The notes under the pieces were generated by a model. That model saw nothing but the letters and a program-made list of their open reading frames with translations, searched no databases and was not told where the DNA came from. The position numbers and the translations under genes are program-made. From Candidatus Fermentibacterota bacterium (GTDB lineage: Bacteria > JAFGKV01): a DNA stretch of 35,125 nucleotides. The stretch spans positions 1-35,125 of the forward strand of contig JAFGKV010000038.1 in assembly GCA_016928395.1 (NCBI GenBank), read 5' to 3'. Below, piece after piece: positions 1 to 9,285 of the stretch (position 1 is its first letter; each line of letters begins with the position of its first letter).

Positions 1-524
1 CTGAGGCGATTGACGCCTACTTTGCAGCAGTGCAGGCCAATGCCGAGTACACTGAGGCATATTTCGCCATGGGGACTGCTCAGAAGAAGCTCAACAAGAA
101 CGCCGAGGCCCTGGCAGCCTTCGACCGGACCGTACAGCTCAATCCGAAGATGCCGGAAGCCCATTACATGAAGGGATCAACCCTGCGCGCGCTGAACCGG
201 CTGAAGGATGCCGCTGAGGCTTATCAGGCGGCGCTGGCCGTCAGCCCCACCTATGCCCTTGCCCACTACTGGCTTGGCGAGACCCACAAAGAACTCGGGC
301 AGTATGACGCCGCCATAGCTGCGTATACCGCAGCCATCAAGTACGATGTGAGGAAGTATGCCAAGGCGTACTGCAAGATCGGCGATATCCTCGAACTCAA
401 GGGCGATCTCCAGGGCGCGCTGGAGCAGTACGGCAAGATGCCGGCCTATGACCGGCAGTGGCACACATATGCCCAGGACAAGATCAAGTATATCAATTCG
501 GTATTGAAGAAGCAATCGTCATAG
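1..524 (+). CDS. Tetratricopeptide repeat protein (5'-truncated by window edge)
   Basis: Frame open from nt 3; repeated TPR-like units (AYFAMG..., AHYMKG..., AHYWLG..., AYCKIG...). Confidence 0.85.
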   Translation, partial: EAIDAYFAAVQANAEYTEAYFAMGTAQKKLNKNAEALAAFDRTVQLNPKMPEAHYMKGSTLRALNRLKDAAEAYQAALAVSPTYALAHYWLGETHKELGQYDAAIAAYTAAIKYDVRKYAKAYCKIGDILELKGDLQGALEQYGKMPAYDRQWHTYAQDKIKYINSVLKKQSS

Positions 525-600
525 ACCGGCGGGGGCGCGCGGTGGGGTTGTCCTCCCGCGCGCAGTCGTCACTCCCTTCACCCTTCGGCCGGAGGGGCAT

Positions 601-1959
601 ATGAATCCTCAGATCTTCCGGGAGTATGATATTCGGGGCCTCGTCGACATCGACCTCTCCGAGGAGGTTTTCCACGCGATAGGCCAGGCATATGGCACCT
701 ATCTTCTCCAGCTTGGTCCCACGAGCACCGTGGTCGCCCGCGACAACAGGCTCAGTTCGCCCGCCTATGCGGGCGCACTCATCAAAGGGATCCTCTCCAC
801 CGGTGTTCACGTCTTCGACGCTGGCCAGGTTCCCACTCCGGTCATGTATTTCGCCGTTTCCCGCATGGGCCATGAAGCCGGTATCATGGTGACCGCCAGT
901 CACAATCCGGTGGAGTACAACGGGTGCAAGCTGCGCACGGCCGCGCAGATTCTCTACGGCCCGCACATTCAGAAGCTGCGGGCACTCATCGAAGCCGGCG
1001 CATTCGCCCGCGGATCGGGAACCCTGACATCTCTGGATGTGGCAGGACGGTACCTGGAAGAGGTGAGCGCTCTGGTGCATCTACGCCGGCCGATCCGGGT
1101 CGTACTGGATGCAGGTAACGGCACGACATCAGACCTGGCGCCTCAATTGCTGGCCATGGCCGGCGCCGAGGTAATACCGCTGTATTGCGAGTCAGACGGC
1201 AGTTTCCCCAATCATCTCCCGGACCCGACCGTCGAAGAGCATATGGCGGATCTGGCAGCCATGGTACGCGAAACCGGGGCCGATCTGGGCATCGGTCTTG
1301 ACGGTGACGGCGACCGGATCGGTGCCGTGGATGAGGCGGGGCGGATGGTCTGGGGTGATCGTCTCCTGGCCCTGTATGCACAGCGCATCCTCCCCGCTCG
1401 CCCTTCTCCGGTGGTATTCGATACCAAGTGCTCCCAAGCCCTCATCGATGAAGTCACTCGCCTGGGCGGTACCCCCGTGATCTGGAAGACCGGCTATCCG
1501 CACATCAAGAGCAAGATGGATGAGACCGGTGCCCTTCTGGCCGGCGAGATGAGCGGCCACATGTACTTTGCGGATACCTACTTCGGCTACGACGACGGCA
1601 TGTTCGCGGCCCTGCGCCTCTTGGAGGCCGTGGCCGATAGCGACGAGTCCTTCAGCGCCATCATGGCGAGGATTCCCGAGTATTACAGTACCCCGGAGTT
1701 GCGGCTGACCTGCACCGATGAAGACAAGTTCAGGATTGTGGATGAGATCGCCCGGCACTTCTCCAGCGGCTATTCCGTTATCGATGTTGATGGAGTGCGG
1801 GTTCAGTTTGAGGATGGGTGGGGCCTGGTGCGCGCATCCAACACTCAACCCGTTCTGGTGGTGAGGTTTGAAGCCAAGACCGCCCAACGGCTGGAGGAGA
1901 TCCGAGGGATGTTCCGCTCGCTTCTCGCCAAGTTCCCACAGGTGGAGGCATTGCCCTGA
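601..1959 (+). CDS. Phosphomannomutase/phosphoglucomutase (AlgC-like)
   Basis: IFREYDIRG start, catalytic TASHNP, metal-binding DGDGDR, sugar-binding GEMSGH; RBS GGAGG upstream. Confidence 0.95.
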   Translation: MNPQIFREYDIRGLVDIDLSEEVFHAIGQAYGTYLLQLGPTSTVVARDNRLSSPAYAGALIKGILSTGVHVFDAGQVPTPVMYFAVSRMGHEAGIMVTASHNPVEYNGCKLRTAAQILYGPHIQKLRALIEAGAFARGSGTLTSLDVAGRYLEEVSALVHLRRPIRVVLDAGNGTTSDLAPQLLAMAGAEVIPLYCESDGSFPNHLPDPTVEEHMADLAAMVRETGADLGIGLDGDGDRIGAVDEAGRMVWGDRLLALYAQRILPARPSPVVFDTKCSQALIDEVTRLGGTPVIWKTGYPHIKSKMDETGALLAGEMSGHMYFADTYFGYDDGMFAALRLLEAVADSDESFSAIMARIPEYYSTPELRLTCTDEDKFRIVDEIARHFSSGYSVIDVDGVRVQFEDGWGLVRASNTQPVLVVRFEAKTAQRLEEIRGMFRSLLAKFPQVEALP

Positions 1960-2019
1960 GCGCCGTTTCCTTACCATGAGTCGCCTTCTTCAGGCCTTGT
2001 TCTCGCCCTCCACGATGGC

Positions 2020-2895
2020 GTGGCGCCATGGGATTGGCCCTTGATGCGCCTGATGGGGCTGCGTCCACCACATAGAGTCGCATCGAGCTCGGGCTCCCTG
2101 GTGATCGTCGGCGGCGCAGAAGACCGCTCAGGCGACAGCGCCATTCTTGGGCGGCTGGTTTCGCTGTGCGGCATCAGCGATCCGGAGGTGGTGGTAGTAG
2201 ACGCCGCCTCCCGGACGCCGGCGCGGTTTGTCCGCCATTACCGGCAGACGTTCGAGGCACTCGGCGCCCGCGTCGTGCATGCACCCCGTCTCAATGGTCC
2301 CCAGGATGGGGACACTGCCGATTTCCTGTCCATCGTGGAGCGTGCCCACCTGGTCTACTTCGCCGGAGGAGATCAGGCTCGTCTGGTCCATGTGCTTCGC
2401 GGAACCCGGGCGCACGAGTGTTTGCTCGCCCGGCATTCTGGCGACGGCGTGGTGATCGGCGGCACCAGCGCGGGCGCCGCGGCGTTGAGTCGAACAATGA
2501 TCTCCCGGGGTGACTCGAATCTGTGGCCGCGCAAGGGGTCGGTGCGCATAACGGAAGGCCTGGGTTTCACCGATCTGATCATAGACCAGCACTTCTCCCA
2601 ACGGGGCAGGCTCGGCAGGCTCATGGAGGCGCTGGCCATGCCGGGCCACGACGCCCGTGGTGTGGGTGTCGATGAGAACACGGCCTTGGTGCTCTTCCCC
2701 GACGGCAGCGGCGAGGTCATAGGGGAGGGCGGTGTCGCCGTGGTGACGCTGACCGGCGACAAAGGGCCTTCGTGGTCGAGGACAGGGCCTCGAGATATCG
2801 TGTCGCTTTCGGTGGAATTGAGCGTGTTCCGAAGCGGCGATCGGATAGGGTATCTGGGCACCACGGAAACCGCCGCCGCCCAGGACCCAGCGTGA
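2020..2895 (+). CDS. cphB: Cyanophycinase-like serine peptidase (S51); start codon uncertain
   Basis: IVGGAED, FAGGDQ, nucleophile GTSAGAA, IDQHFSQRGRLGRL, GVDENTAL. Confidence 0.85.
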   Translation: MAPWDWPLMRLMGLRPPHRVASSSGSLVIVGGAEDRSGDSAILGRLVSLCGISDPEVVVVDAASRTPARFVRHYRQTFEALGARVVHAPRLNGPQDGDTADFLSIVERAHLVYFAGGDQARLVHVLRGTRAHECLLARHSGDGVVIGGTSAGAAALSRTMISRGDSNLWPRKGSVRITEGLGFTDLIIDQHFSQRGRLGRLMEALAMPGHDARGVGVDENTALVLFPDGSGEVIGEGGVAVVTLTGDKGPSWSRTGPRDIVSLSVELSVFRSGDRIGYLGTTETAAAQDPA

Positions 2896-3017
2896 GAGAT
2901 GCAGATGACAGTGAGATGCCATGCGTCGGCTTAGGCACGGTGCGGCATTGCCGCGCACAGGCACAGTGCCACCCCGCCATCCGCGGGCGTGAGGGGATCT
3001 CACGGAAGGATCTTTAC

Positions 3018-3338
3018 ATGGAAGCCATCGTTGTGTTCGTGACCGCTGCAAATTCGGACGAGGGTGAGCTGATTGCCCATCGGCTGCTGGATGCCGGGCT
3101 TGTTGCCTGCGCGTCTGTGGTCCGGGATGTATCCTCGCATTTCATCTGGCGCGGGACCAGGACCCAGGCCGATGAGTGCCTGCTGGTCATGAAGACGCTT
3201 CGTTCCCGGTTCGCCGATCTCTGCCGCGAAGTTCGCGACGCCCACAGCTACGAGGTACCGGAGATCATCGCGTTGCCCATACTTGAAGGCGACGAGGCCT
3301 ATCTCTCCTGGCTCAAGGAGGCGGTCGATGCGTCCTGA
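3018..3338 (+). CDS. cutA: Divalent-cation tolerance protein CutA
   Basis: LVACA, FIWRG, E-x-LLVMKT, HSYEVPEIIALPI..G..AYLSWL; ATG 3018 after AAGGA. Confidence 0.93.
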   Translation: MEAIVVFVTAANSDEGELIAHRLLDAGLVACASVVRDVSSHFIWRGTRTQADECLLVMKTLRSRFADLCREVRDAHSYEVPEIIALPILEGDEAYLSWLKEAVDAS

Positions 3339-4155
3339 GCCCGCCGCGCCGTCTTGCGTCGTACGGCAGGCTCCGCGTGAACCGACGCCAGGGTACGGGG
3401 GTGTGACCGTTCGATGGCTGGGGCATGCGACGGTGCTGCTGCGGTACGGGCATCAGGAGATCATGACTGATCCTTTGCTTCGGATGCGCCTGTTTCATCT
3501 GCGCAGGCATGCCGATGCGCCGTCTTTCGGCCCTGCCTACTCCGGGCGGCGGCTCACCGTACTGATCAGCCATTTGCACCAGGATCACCTGGATGTTCCT
3601 TCATTGCGGATGTTGCCCACCAGCGCAACGGTGGTGGTGCCTCCCGGTGCGGGATTCTACCTGGCGAAGCGTATCCCTCACACGGTGGTGGAACTAGGCG
3701 TAGGCCAGACTCTCCGCACTGGCGAGGTCGTGATCACGCCTGTCCCCGCCTTGCACGGGGGAAGGCGTCGCCCAGGCATCGGAGCCGTGGCTCAAGGCTA
3801 CATGGTCCGCGGCGACACCAGCGTCTACTTCGCGGGTGATACCGGTTTCTTCGATGGGTTCGCGGAGGTGGGCGCCACCCACCACCCTCACGTCGCACTC
3901 CTGCCGGTCTGGGGCTATGGACCCCGTTTGGGCAAACATCACCTGACACCTCACAGTGCAGCATGCGCTCTTTCCTTGTTGAGGGCCAGTGTTGCCATTC
4001 CCATCCATTGGGGCACACTGCGGCCCTTCGGGGTGCGCGCCGGCGGCTTTCTCACCGATCCCCCGTTGGATTTCGCGCGCCATGCAGCCGCTCTGGCACC
4101 CCGCTCCCATGTCAGGATTCTCAAGCCATGCGAGGAGATGCACGTCGCGGCCTGA
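3328..4155 (+). CDS. MBL-fold metallo-hydrolase (UlaG/RomA-like)
   Basis: WLGHAT, TDP, ISHLHQDHLD (HxHxDH), YFAGDTG, IPIHWGT; ATG 3328 after AAGGAGG, overlapping cutA end. Confidence 0.88.
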   Translation: MRPEPAAPSCVVRQAPREPTPGYGGVTVRWLGHATVLLRYGHQEIMTDPLLRMRLFHLRRHADAPSFGPAYSGRRLTVLISHLHQDHLDVPSLRMLPTSATVVVPPGAGFYLAKRIPHTVVELGVGQTLRTGEVVITPVPALHGGRRRPGIGAVAQGYMVRGDTSVYFAGDTGFFDGFAEVGATHHPHVALLPVWGYGPRLGKHHLTPHSAACALSLLRASVAIPIHWGTLRPFGVRAGGFLTDPPLDFARHAAALAPRSHVRILKPCEEMHVAA

Positions 4156-4195
4156 AATTGCCACCCGGCGCTGCCGCTGATGTCGCCGTAGCGCC

Positions 4196-6205
4196 ATGAC
4201 CCGGCGTATCTTTGCCCGAGGCGTACAGGCTCTTCTGATACTGGGCGTTGAGACCCTGACCGTGCTCGCGCTCGTTCGCCAGCTCCCCGGGCTCGGGTTC
4301 GGTGATCGTGGCCATCCGGGGGCCGTGCTGGTGCCTGCCTTGGTGTTGGGTGTGGCCAATGCCGCCATCCGGCCGCTCATGATCGCGGCCACGGTCCCCA
4401 TGGGGATACTGGGGTTTGCCACCGTGACCACCGCGCTCAACTGCCTGCTCCTGCTTCTTTTCCGAGGGCTTGGGTATTTCCAGCTTCTTGGCGGGCACAC
4501 CTTGGTGCTGAGCGCGGCCGTGTTGGCGGGAGTCAATGCGGTGGTGAGCACTGTCTCCTACATCGACGAGGAGGACCGGTTCTACCGCCGGGTCATACGT
4601 CGCCTTCTGCGGACCACTGAGCCCTCGAAAGACCCCACGCCCGGCCTGCTCATCATTGAGATTGACGGCCTGGCCTACCCCTATGTGCAGCATGCCAGGG
4701 CGCGCCGGTGGATTCCCTCACTGGACGCGCGCATCCGAGACGGACGGCACGTTCTGGTGGAATGGAATTGCGGTGTTCCCTCGCAGACCTCGTCATCACA
4801 GGCCGGGATCATGTACGGCGACAATGACGACATCCCCGCCTTTCGTTGGTTTGAACGAGAGCGGGGCGTGGTGGTGGTCTCCGGCAATGCCCGGGACGCA
4901 GCAGCCATGGAGGAACGGCTCTCCCGAGGCCAAGGGCTGCTTCGGGGCGGGTCCAGCGTCAACAATCTGCTCTCCGGCGATGCGGACGCCGCTGCCCTTA
5001 CCTTGAGCCGGCTCGGGGGCGGGCTCCATCGATCCGGGGAGGTGTTGCAGTTCTTCACCGATCCCTACTGTCTTAGCCGTGCGCTCATTCTGGTGCTCTG
5101 GGAACTTATGGTCCAGGGTGTTCAGGCGGCCCGGGAGGTAGTGCGCCACCCCTTTCACCGGGGCCACGGGCCGCTCTACCCCCTGCAGCGGGCGCTTTCC
5201 ACGGTGGTGCTCCGCGATTTGAGCACATTCCTGGTGGTCAGGGATCTCATCCGAGGCATGCCTGCAATCTACGTATCCTACCTCGGGTATGACGTCGTTG
5301 CCCATCAGAGCGGCCCCGCCTCAGCGGATGCTTTGGGCGTGCTCTCCGCCATCGACCGGCAGGTGGGACGTCTGATGGATGTGGCATCCCGCTATGCATC
5401 ACGACCCTACTGCGTCGTGGTGCTGTCGGATCATGGACAATCCCCGGGCGAGAGTTTCGCCGACCGTCACGGAATAACCCTCACCCGGCTGGTGGAGGGG
5501 CTGGTGCAGGGGATACCCGTGGGTGAAGTCCGAGCCGACCCCCCGAGGTATCTGCACGCGCTGCTGGAGGAGGTGCGTGGGTTCGAAGACCTCCCGACGT
5601 TGGGGCCGACCCGCAAGCGGGCCATCCGTCGCGGCCGTCTCTATCTCGCCCGGCACATCGAGGGGCCGGTCGCCGAGCAGGAGGCGAAGGGACAGGTTGT
5701 CGTATGCTGTTCGGGAAACCTGGCTCATGTCTACCTGCCCCAGGGGGGTCACACCCTGAGCCTGGAGGAGATAGACACGGCACATCCGGGCCTGATTCCC
5801 GGGCTCTTAGGCCATCCCGGCGTGGGATTCCTGCTGGTGCGGTCGACCCGTCGCGGTCTGCTTATCCTCGGACGCAGCGGGCTCCGCGAGGCGTGCTCCG
5901 GCGTAGTGGAGGGTGATGATCCCCTTCGACACTTCGATGATCCGTGGCGAGCCTGCCGGCAACTGGCCCGGCTGGCGGGATTCTCTCACAGCGGCGACCT
6001 CGTGGTGAATAGTTCGGTGGAGGGTGAGATGGTGTTCTCTTTCGAAGACCAGCGCGGGTCGCATGGCGGCCTGGGAGGGCCTCAGAACCACCCCTTCCTC
6101 GTCTGCCCCGTGGCCTTGACGCCGGCCGGATCCGCAACGTCACCGGTGGAACTCTACCGGGTTCTGCGCCCCCTCAATCCTACGGCCAACGCAGCCACCG
6201 GTTGA
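4196..6205 (+). CDS. 4-TM phage-holin-like membrane domain fused to alkaline-phosphatase-superfamily (type I phosphodiesterase-like) domain
   Basis: N-terminal hydrophobic segments with LGVANAAIRPL; C-terminal IEIDGL, PSQTSSSQAGI, YDVVAH, LSDHGQ, GSHGGLGG. Confidence 0.8.
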   Translation: MTRRIFARGVQALLILGVETLTVLALVRQLPGLGFGDRGHPGAVLVPALVLGVANAAIRPLMIAATVPMGILGFATVTTALNCLLLLLFRGLGYFQLLGGHTLVLSAAVLAGVNAVVSTVSYIDEEDRFYRRVIRRLLRTTEPSKDPTPGLLIIEIDGLAYPYVQHARARRWIPSLDARIRDGRHVLVEWNCGVPSQTSSSQAGIMYGDNDDIPAFRWFERERGVVVVSGNARDAAAMEERLSRGQGLLRGGSSVNNLLSGDADAAALTLSRLGGGLHRSGEVLQFFTDPYCLSRALILVLWELMVQGVQAAREVVRHPFHRGHGPLYPLQRALSTVVLRDLSTFLVVRDLIRGMPAIYVSYLGYDVVAHQSGPASADALGVLSAIDRQVGRLMDVASRYASRPYCVVVLSDHGQSPGESFADRHGITLTRLVEGLVQGIPVGEVRADPPRYLHALLEEVRGFEDLPTLGPTRKRAIRRGRLYLARHIEGPVAEQEAKGQVVVCCSGNLAHVYLPQGGHTLSLEEIDTAHPGLIPGLLGHPGVGFLLVRSTRRGLLILGRSGLREACSGVVEGDDPLRHFDDPWRACRQLARLAGFSHSGDLVVNSSVEGEMVFSFEDQRGSHGGLGGPQNHPFLVCPVALTPAGSATSPVELYRVLRPLNPTANAATG

Positions 6206-6209
6206 TGGC

Positions 6210-6764
6210 TCAGGCGCGGCCCAAACCCAGGGCGCGCAGAATCCGGCCGTGGACAGTCTTGACCGCTCCCCGGCCGTGTATCCGGCGGAGCAGACCCTTG
6301 GCGTCATAGTGATCGATGAGGGGCGCTGTTTCCCGCACATACACTGCAAGCCGCTTTTGGATGATGGCCGGATCATCGTCGGCCCGGGCCCTGCCGGTCA
6401 GCCGGCGCACAAGTTCCGCCTCGGGTACATCCAACAGCACCACCGCCTCAATGGCGTGTCGTGTTTCGGCGGCCATCCTTTCCAAATGAGCGGCCTGCTC
6501 CACGTTGCGGGGGAAGCCGTCCAGCAGGTAGGTTGCTGGCCCCGGCCTCAGTCGTTGTGCCACAAGAGCAGCCACCGTGTCATCGGGCACCAAACGCCCC
6601 TCGTCCAGATATGCCGCGGCTTCCCGCCCCACCGGGGTGCCGCGGAGGCGGGCTTCCCGGAGCAGTTCGCCGGTGGAGAGATGAATCATACCGCACCGAG
6701 CCGCCAAGAGCGCCGCCTGAGTGCCCTTCCCGGATCCCGGCGGCCCTACGAGTACGAGTATCAC
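6210..6764 (-). CDS. adk: Adenylate kinase (short-LID type)
   Basis: GPPGSGKGTQ P-loop, HLSTGELLR, LVPD, LDGFPR, RADD; GTG start at 6764 after AAGGAGG. Confidence 0.93.
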   Translation of the reverse strand: MILVLVGPPGSGKGTQAALLAARCGMIHLSTGELLREARLRGTPVGREAAAYLDEGRLVPDDTVAALVAQRLRPGPATYLLDGFPRNVEQAAHLERMAAETRHAIEAVVLLDVPEAELVRRLTGRARADDDPAIIQKRLAVYVRETAPLIDHYDAKGLLRRIHGRGAVKTVHGRILRALGLGRA

Positions 6765-6950
6765 AGGTTCCTCCTTGGGATTATCACCGCACGCTCCTGC
6801 ACGGTGATCAGACATCATTTCGGTGCCCGGCTCTGGGCCGGAGTCGGAGAGAGGGTTCAGGCCGTCACCCGCCCCCGCGCAGTTGGGCCTTTCGGGTCTC
6901 GCGGTTCGGCCTCTTGCTTCTCAATGATCCTGATGGGCAATCGGCCATGG

Positions 6951-8069
6951 TCAGGACCGCGGTTCTTGCTCCAGAAGATGCCGCTGCAGAACAAGGCGAC
7001 ACAGCCCTTGTGCGGCTATGCGGTTTCCATCCTCCGTCCAGTGGCCTTCCCTGGGAAACAGGGGATCGGTTCCCGAAGCAGCCGCGGCACGAAAGTCATC
7101 GAGTAGATCCAGATACGGAAGTTCCATCGATTCCAGCAGTTCGGCCAGCCGTGAACGCGGCAAGGCCGGGTTCAGGTTCGCTCGCGCCAGCATCGGTTTG
7201 CGGCGGATGAGCCTGTCTACTTCGTCCGGGTAGATCGCCAGGCGGCCGGGCACCACGAGTATGCCCAGGTTCGCGTCGTGTTCGGTGACAATGCCGCGCA
7301 TCTCGATGAGTAGATCCTCCAGTTGCGCCCACATCCGGTTCTGGATTTCAGTGGGCGTGGCATGCCATACGTGGTACAAACCGCGGACCAGCGCCCGCTC
7401 GGCACGGGCGGAAGCGGGTCGAAGCAGCCGCGACAGAGGCGGCACATGCCGGGTGAGAGCGTGAAACACCGGGCTGACAGCCACGGCGTGACGGATGAAA
7501 TCCGGTGTCAACAAGGGAGCTGCCCGGTGGGGAGGAGGAGGCCATGGGGCGGCCGCCGGAGGCGGGGCGAGATTATCCAGCAGATCATTGTCGGGGAACA
7601 GGGCGAGCACCACGGCTGCGGGACGGTAGGTGAACGCCTCGTGCTGCAGGAAGGCAACCTGATTGCGCGTGCCCCACCCATTGCAGGCAGCCGCGGTGAC
7701 CTCCACCGGCCTGCCCACGGCCTGGGAGAGAAGCCGCTCGGTGATCTCCTGGCAACTGGCCTCCGGCGGCACCTGGAACGCGGCGATGAACGAGTCGCCC
7801 ACCAGCAGTACACCGTTGCCCTCTGACCACTGGTCTCTATCGTGCAGCCCCCGGCTGTTGATGGTAACGTATTGGCGAACCTCGCCTTTCACGTACCATC
7901 CCTCCGCACTCGGGATATTGAACACGCCATACAGAGGATGGGGGCCGACGAAACGGGTATCGGAATGGAGCCGAAGCAGGCGTATTCCGGCCTCGGTGAG
8001 CATCAGGGCGATACCCAGGCCGATGGTTACGGCGCCAAGCCTGAATGCAACGGTACGGAGGGTATGCAT
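6951..8069 (-). CDS. Membrane-anchored SGNH/GDSL hydrolase-like protein
   Basis: N-terminal TM helix, INSRGLHD, LVGDSF block I, C-terminal EGHWT..G block V. Confidence 0.8.
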   Translation of the reverse strand: MHTLRTVAFRLGAVTIGLGIALMLTEAGIRLLRLHSDTRFVGPHPLYGVFNIPSAEGWYVKGEVRQYVTINSRGLHDRDQWSEGNGVLLVGDSFIAAFQVPPEASCQEITERLLSQAVGRPVEVTAAACNGWGTRNQVAFLQHEAFTYRPAAVVLALFPDNDLLDNLAPPPAAAPWPPPPHRAAPLLTPDFIRHAVAVSPVFHALTRHVPPLSRLLRPASARAERALVRGLYHVWHATPTEIQNRMWAQLEDLLIEMRGIVTEHDANLGILVVPGRLAIYPDEVDRLIRRKPMLARANLNPALPRSRLAELLESMELPYLDLLDDFRAAAASGTDPLFPREGHWTEDGNRIAAQGLCRLVLQRHLLEQEPRS

Positions 8070-8235
8070 GGCGCACCATTATGCGGAACGTCTCCAGGAG
8101 TGCAAGCCTTCGTGCACCGGTATCTTGACCGCGAAGCTCGCCGTCGCGACACTTGCCCCGTCTGTCCCCTGATTGCTGCGAGTTTCGATGGCCCTCGGGG
8201 ATTCGTACGTCATGCCCCGAAGAGAGGAGGTGCCG

Positions 8236-8691
8236 GTGTCCGACATGATGGTGAGGTGTGCCCGATGCGGCACGGAGAACAGGGTTCCCCGCGAACGGCT
8301 GGGAGGCCGGGAGAGGCCCATCTGCGGCCGGTGCCGCGCACCGCTGGAAATCCATTCCGGGCCAAAGGAGTTGCACGATACGAGCTTCGTAGCCGCGCTG
8401 CAGGGTTCGGCGGTGCCCGTGCTTGTGGATTTCTGGGCGCCCTGGTGTGGCCCATGCCAGATGGTGGCGCCCGTACTGGAGCGCATCGCTACGGCCTTTG
8501 GGGACACATTGATGGTCGCGAAGCTGAATGTTGACGTGAACCACCGGACCGCCGCCCAGTACGGCGTCAGCAGCATCCCGGCCCTCCTCCTGTTCAGGCA
8601 GGGCCTTCTGGTGGATCGGCTTGCCGGCGCCCAATCCGAAGCCACAGTGGCCGACTGGCTCCACCACCACGGCATACGAGAGGGATCATGA
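8236..8691 (+). CDS. trxC: Thioredoxin 2 (N-terminal zinc ribbon)
   Basis: CARC...CGRC zinc ribbon, VDFWAPWCGPC; GTG 8236 after GAGGAGG. Confidence 0.92.
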   Translation: MSDMMVRCARCGTENRVPRERLGGRERPICGRCRAPLEIHSGPKELHDTSFVAALQGSAVPVLVDFWAPWCGPCQMVAPVLERIATAFGDTLMVAKLNVDVNHRTAAQYGVSSIPALLLFRQGLLVDRLAGAQSEATVADWLHHHGIREGS

Positions 8692-8893
8692 CTTGCACCA
8701 CGCGGGAGGGAGGGGTGGATTGACTGCGTGCGAGGCAGGAGCCGGCCGGTTGAGGGAACCCTGGCCCGTACTACGGTGTGCGATAGTGTTGACCCTGTAG
8801 CCGCCCATGACGGATGGGCTCGCGGCCCGCACATCCACACCGCGACACGCACCACACGTCTACAATGCGGGCAGGATTCTGTTTGGAGGAGTC

Positions 8894-9280
8894 ATGACAT
8901 TCTACATCGCGAAGACCGTGTCCTTGTCTTTTGACCGCGCCTTGGAGAAGATCGTGGGGGAGTTGAAAAAGGAGGGGTTTAGCATCACCGCCGAGGTCGA
9001 TGTTGCCAAGACACTGAAAGAGGACTTCGAGGTGTCATTCCGCCGCTACCGGACCCTGAGCGCCTTCCACCCGCTGCTGGCTCACCGAGCCCTGGAGACC
9101 GAGGACAAAGCCGGGCTTCTCTTGCCCTGCAACGTAATCGTACAGGAGGTGAGTGCCAGCGCGACCGAGGTGATGGCCGCTGATCCCCGGGCCATGTTCA
9201 CCGCGACAGGGAGCCCCACGCTGGAGGAGCTGGCCAAGCAGCTGGGGAACAAGCTGGAGAGCATTATCGGTCACGTGTAG
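8894..9280 (+). CDS. DUF302 domain protein
   Basis: LKKEGF...DVAKTLK, GLLLPCNVIVQE, DP motif; ATG 8894 after GGAGGAG. Confidence 0.85.
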   Translation: MTFYIAKTVSLSFDRALEKIVGELKKEGFSITAEVDVAKTLKEDFEVSFRRYRTLSAFHPLLAHRALETEDKAGLLLPCNVIVQEVSASATEVMAADPRAMFTATGSPTLEELAKQLGNKLESIIGHV

Positions 9281-9285
9281 ACACC

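Noticed and set aside
535-563. GC hairpin after the TPR gene as intrinsic terminator
   Set aside because: The GCGCGCGG/CCGCGCGC stem is present but no U-tract follows.
1957-2020. pgm and cphB in the same frame across one TGA (possible read-through fusion)
   Set aside because: PMM/PGM is complete at the stop and the linker has no recognisable coding features; likely chance.
4196-4560. Prophage lysis gene
   Set aside because: The holin-like domain is fused to a hydrolase and there are no phage genes nearby.
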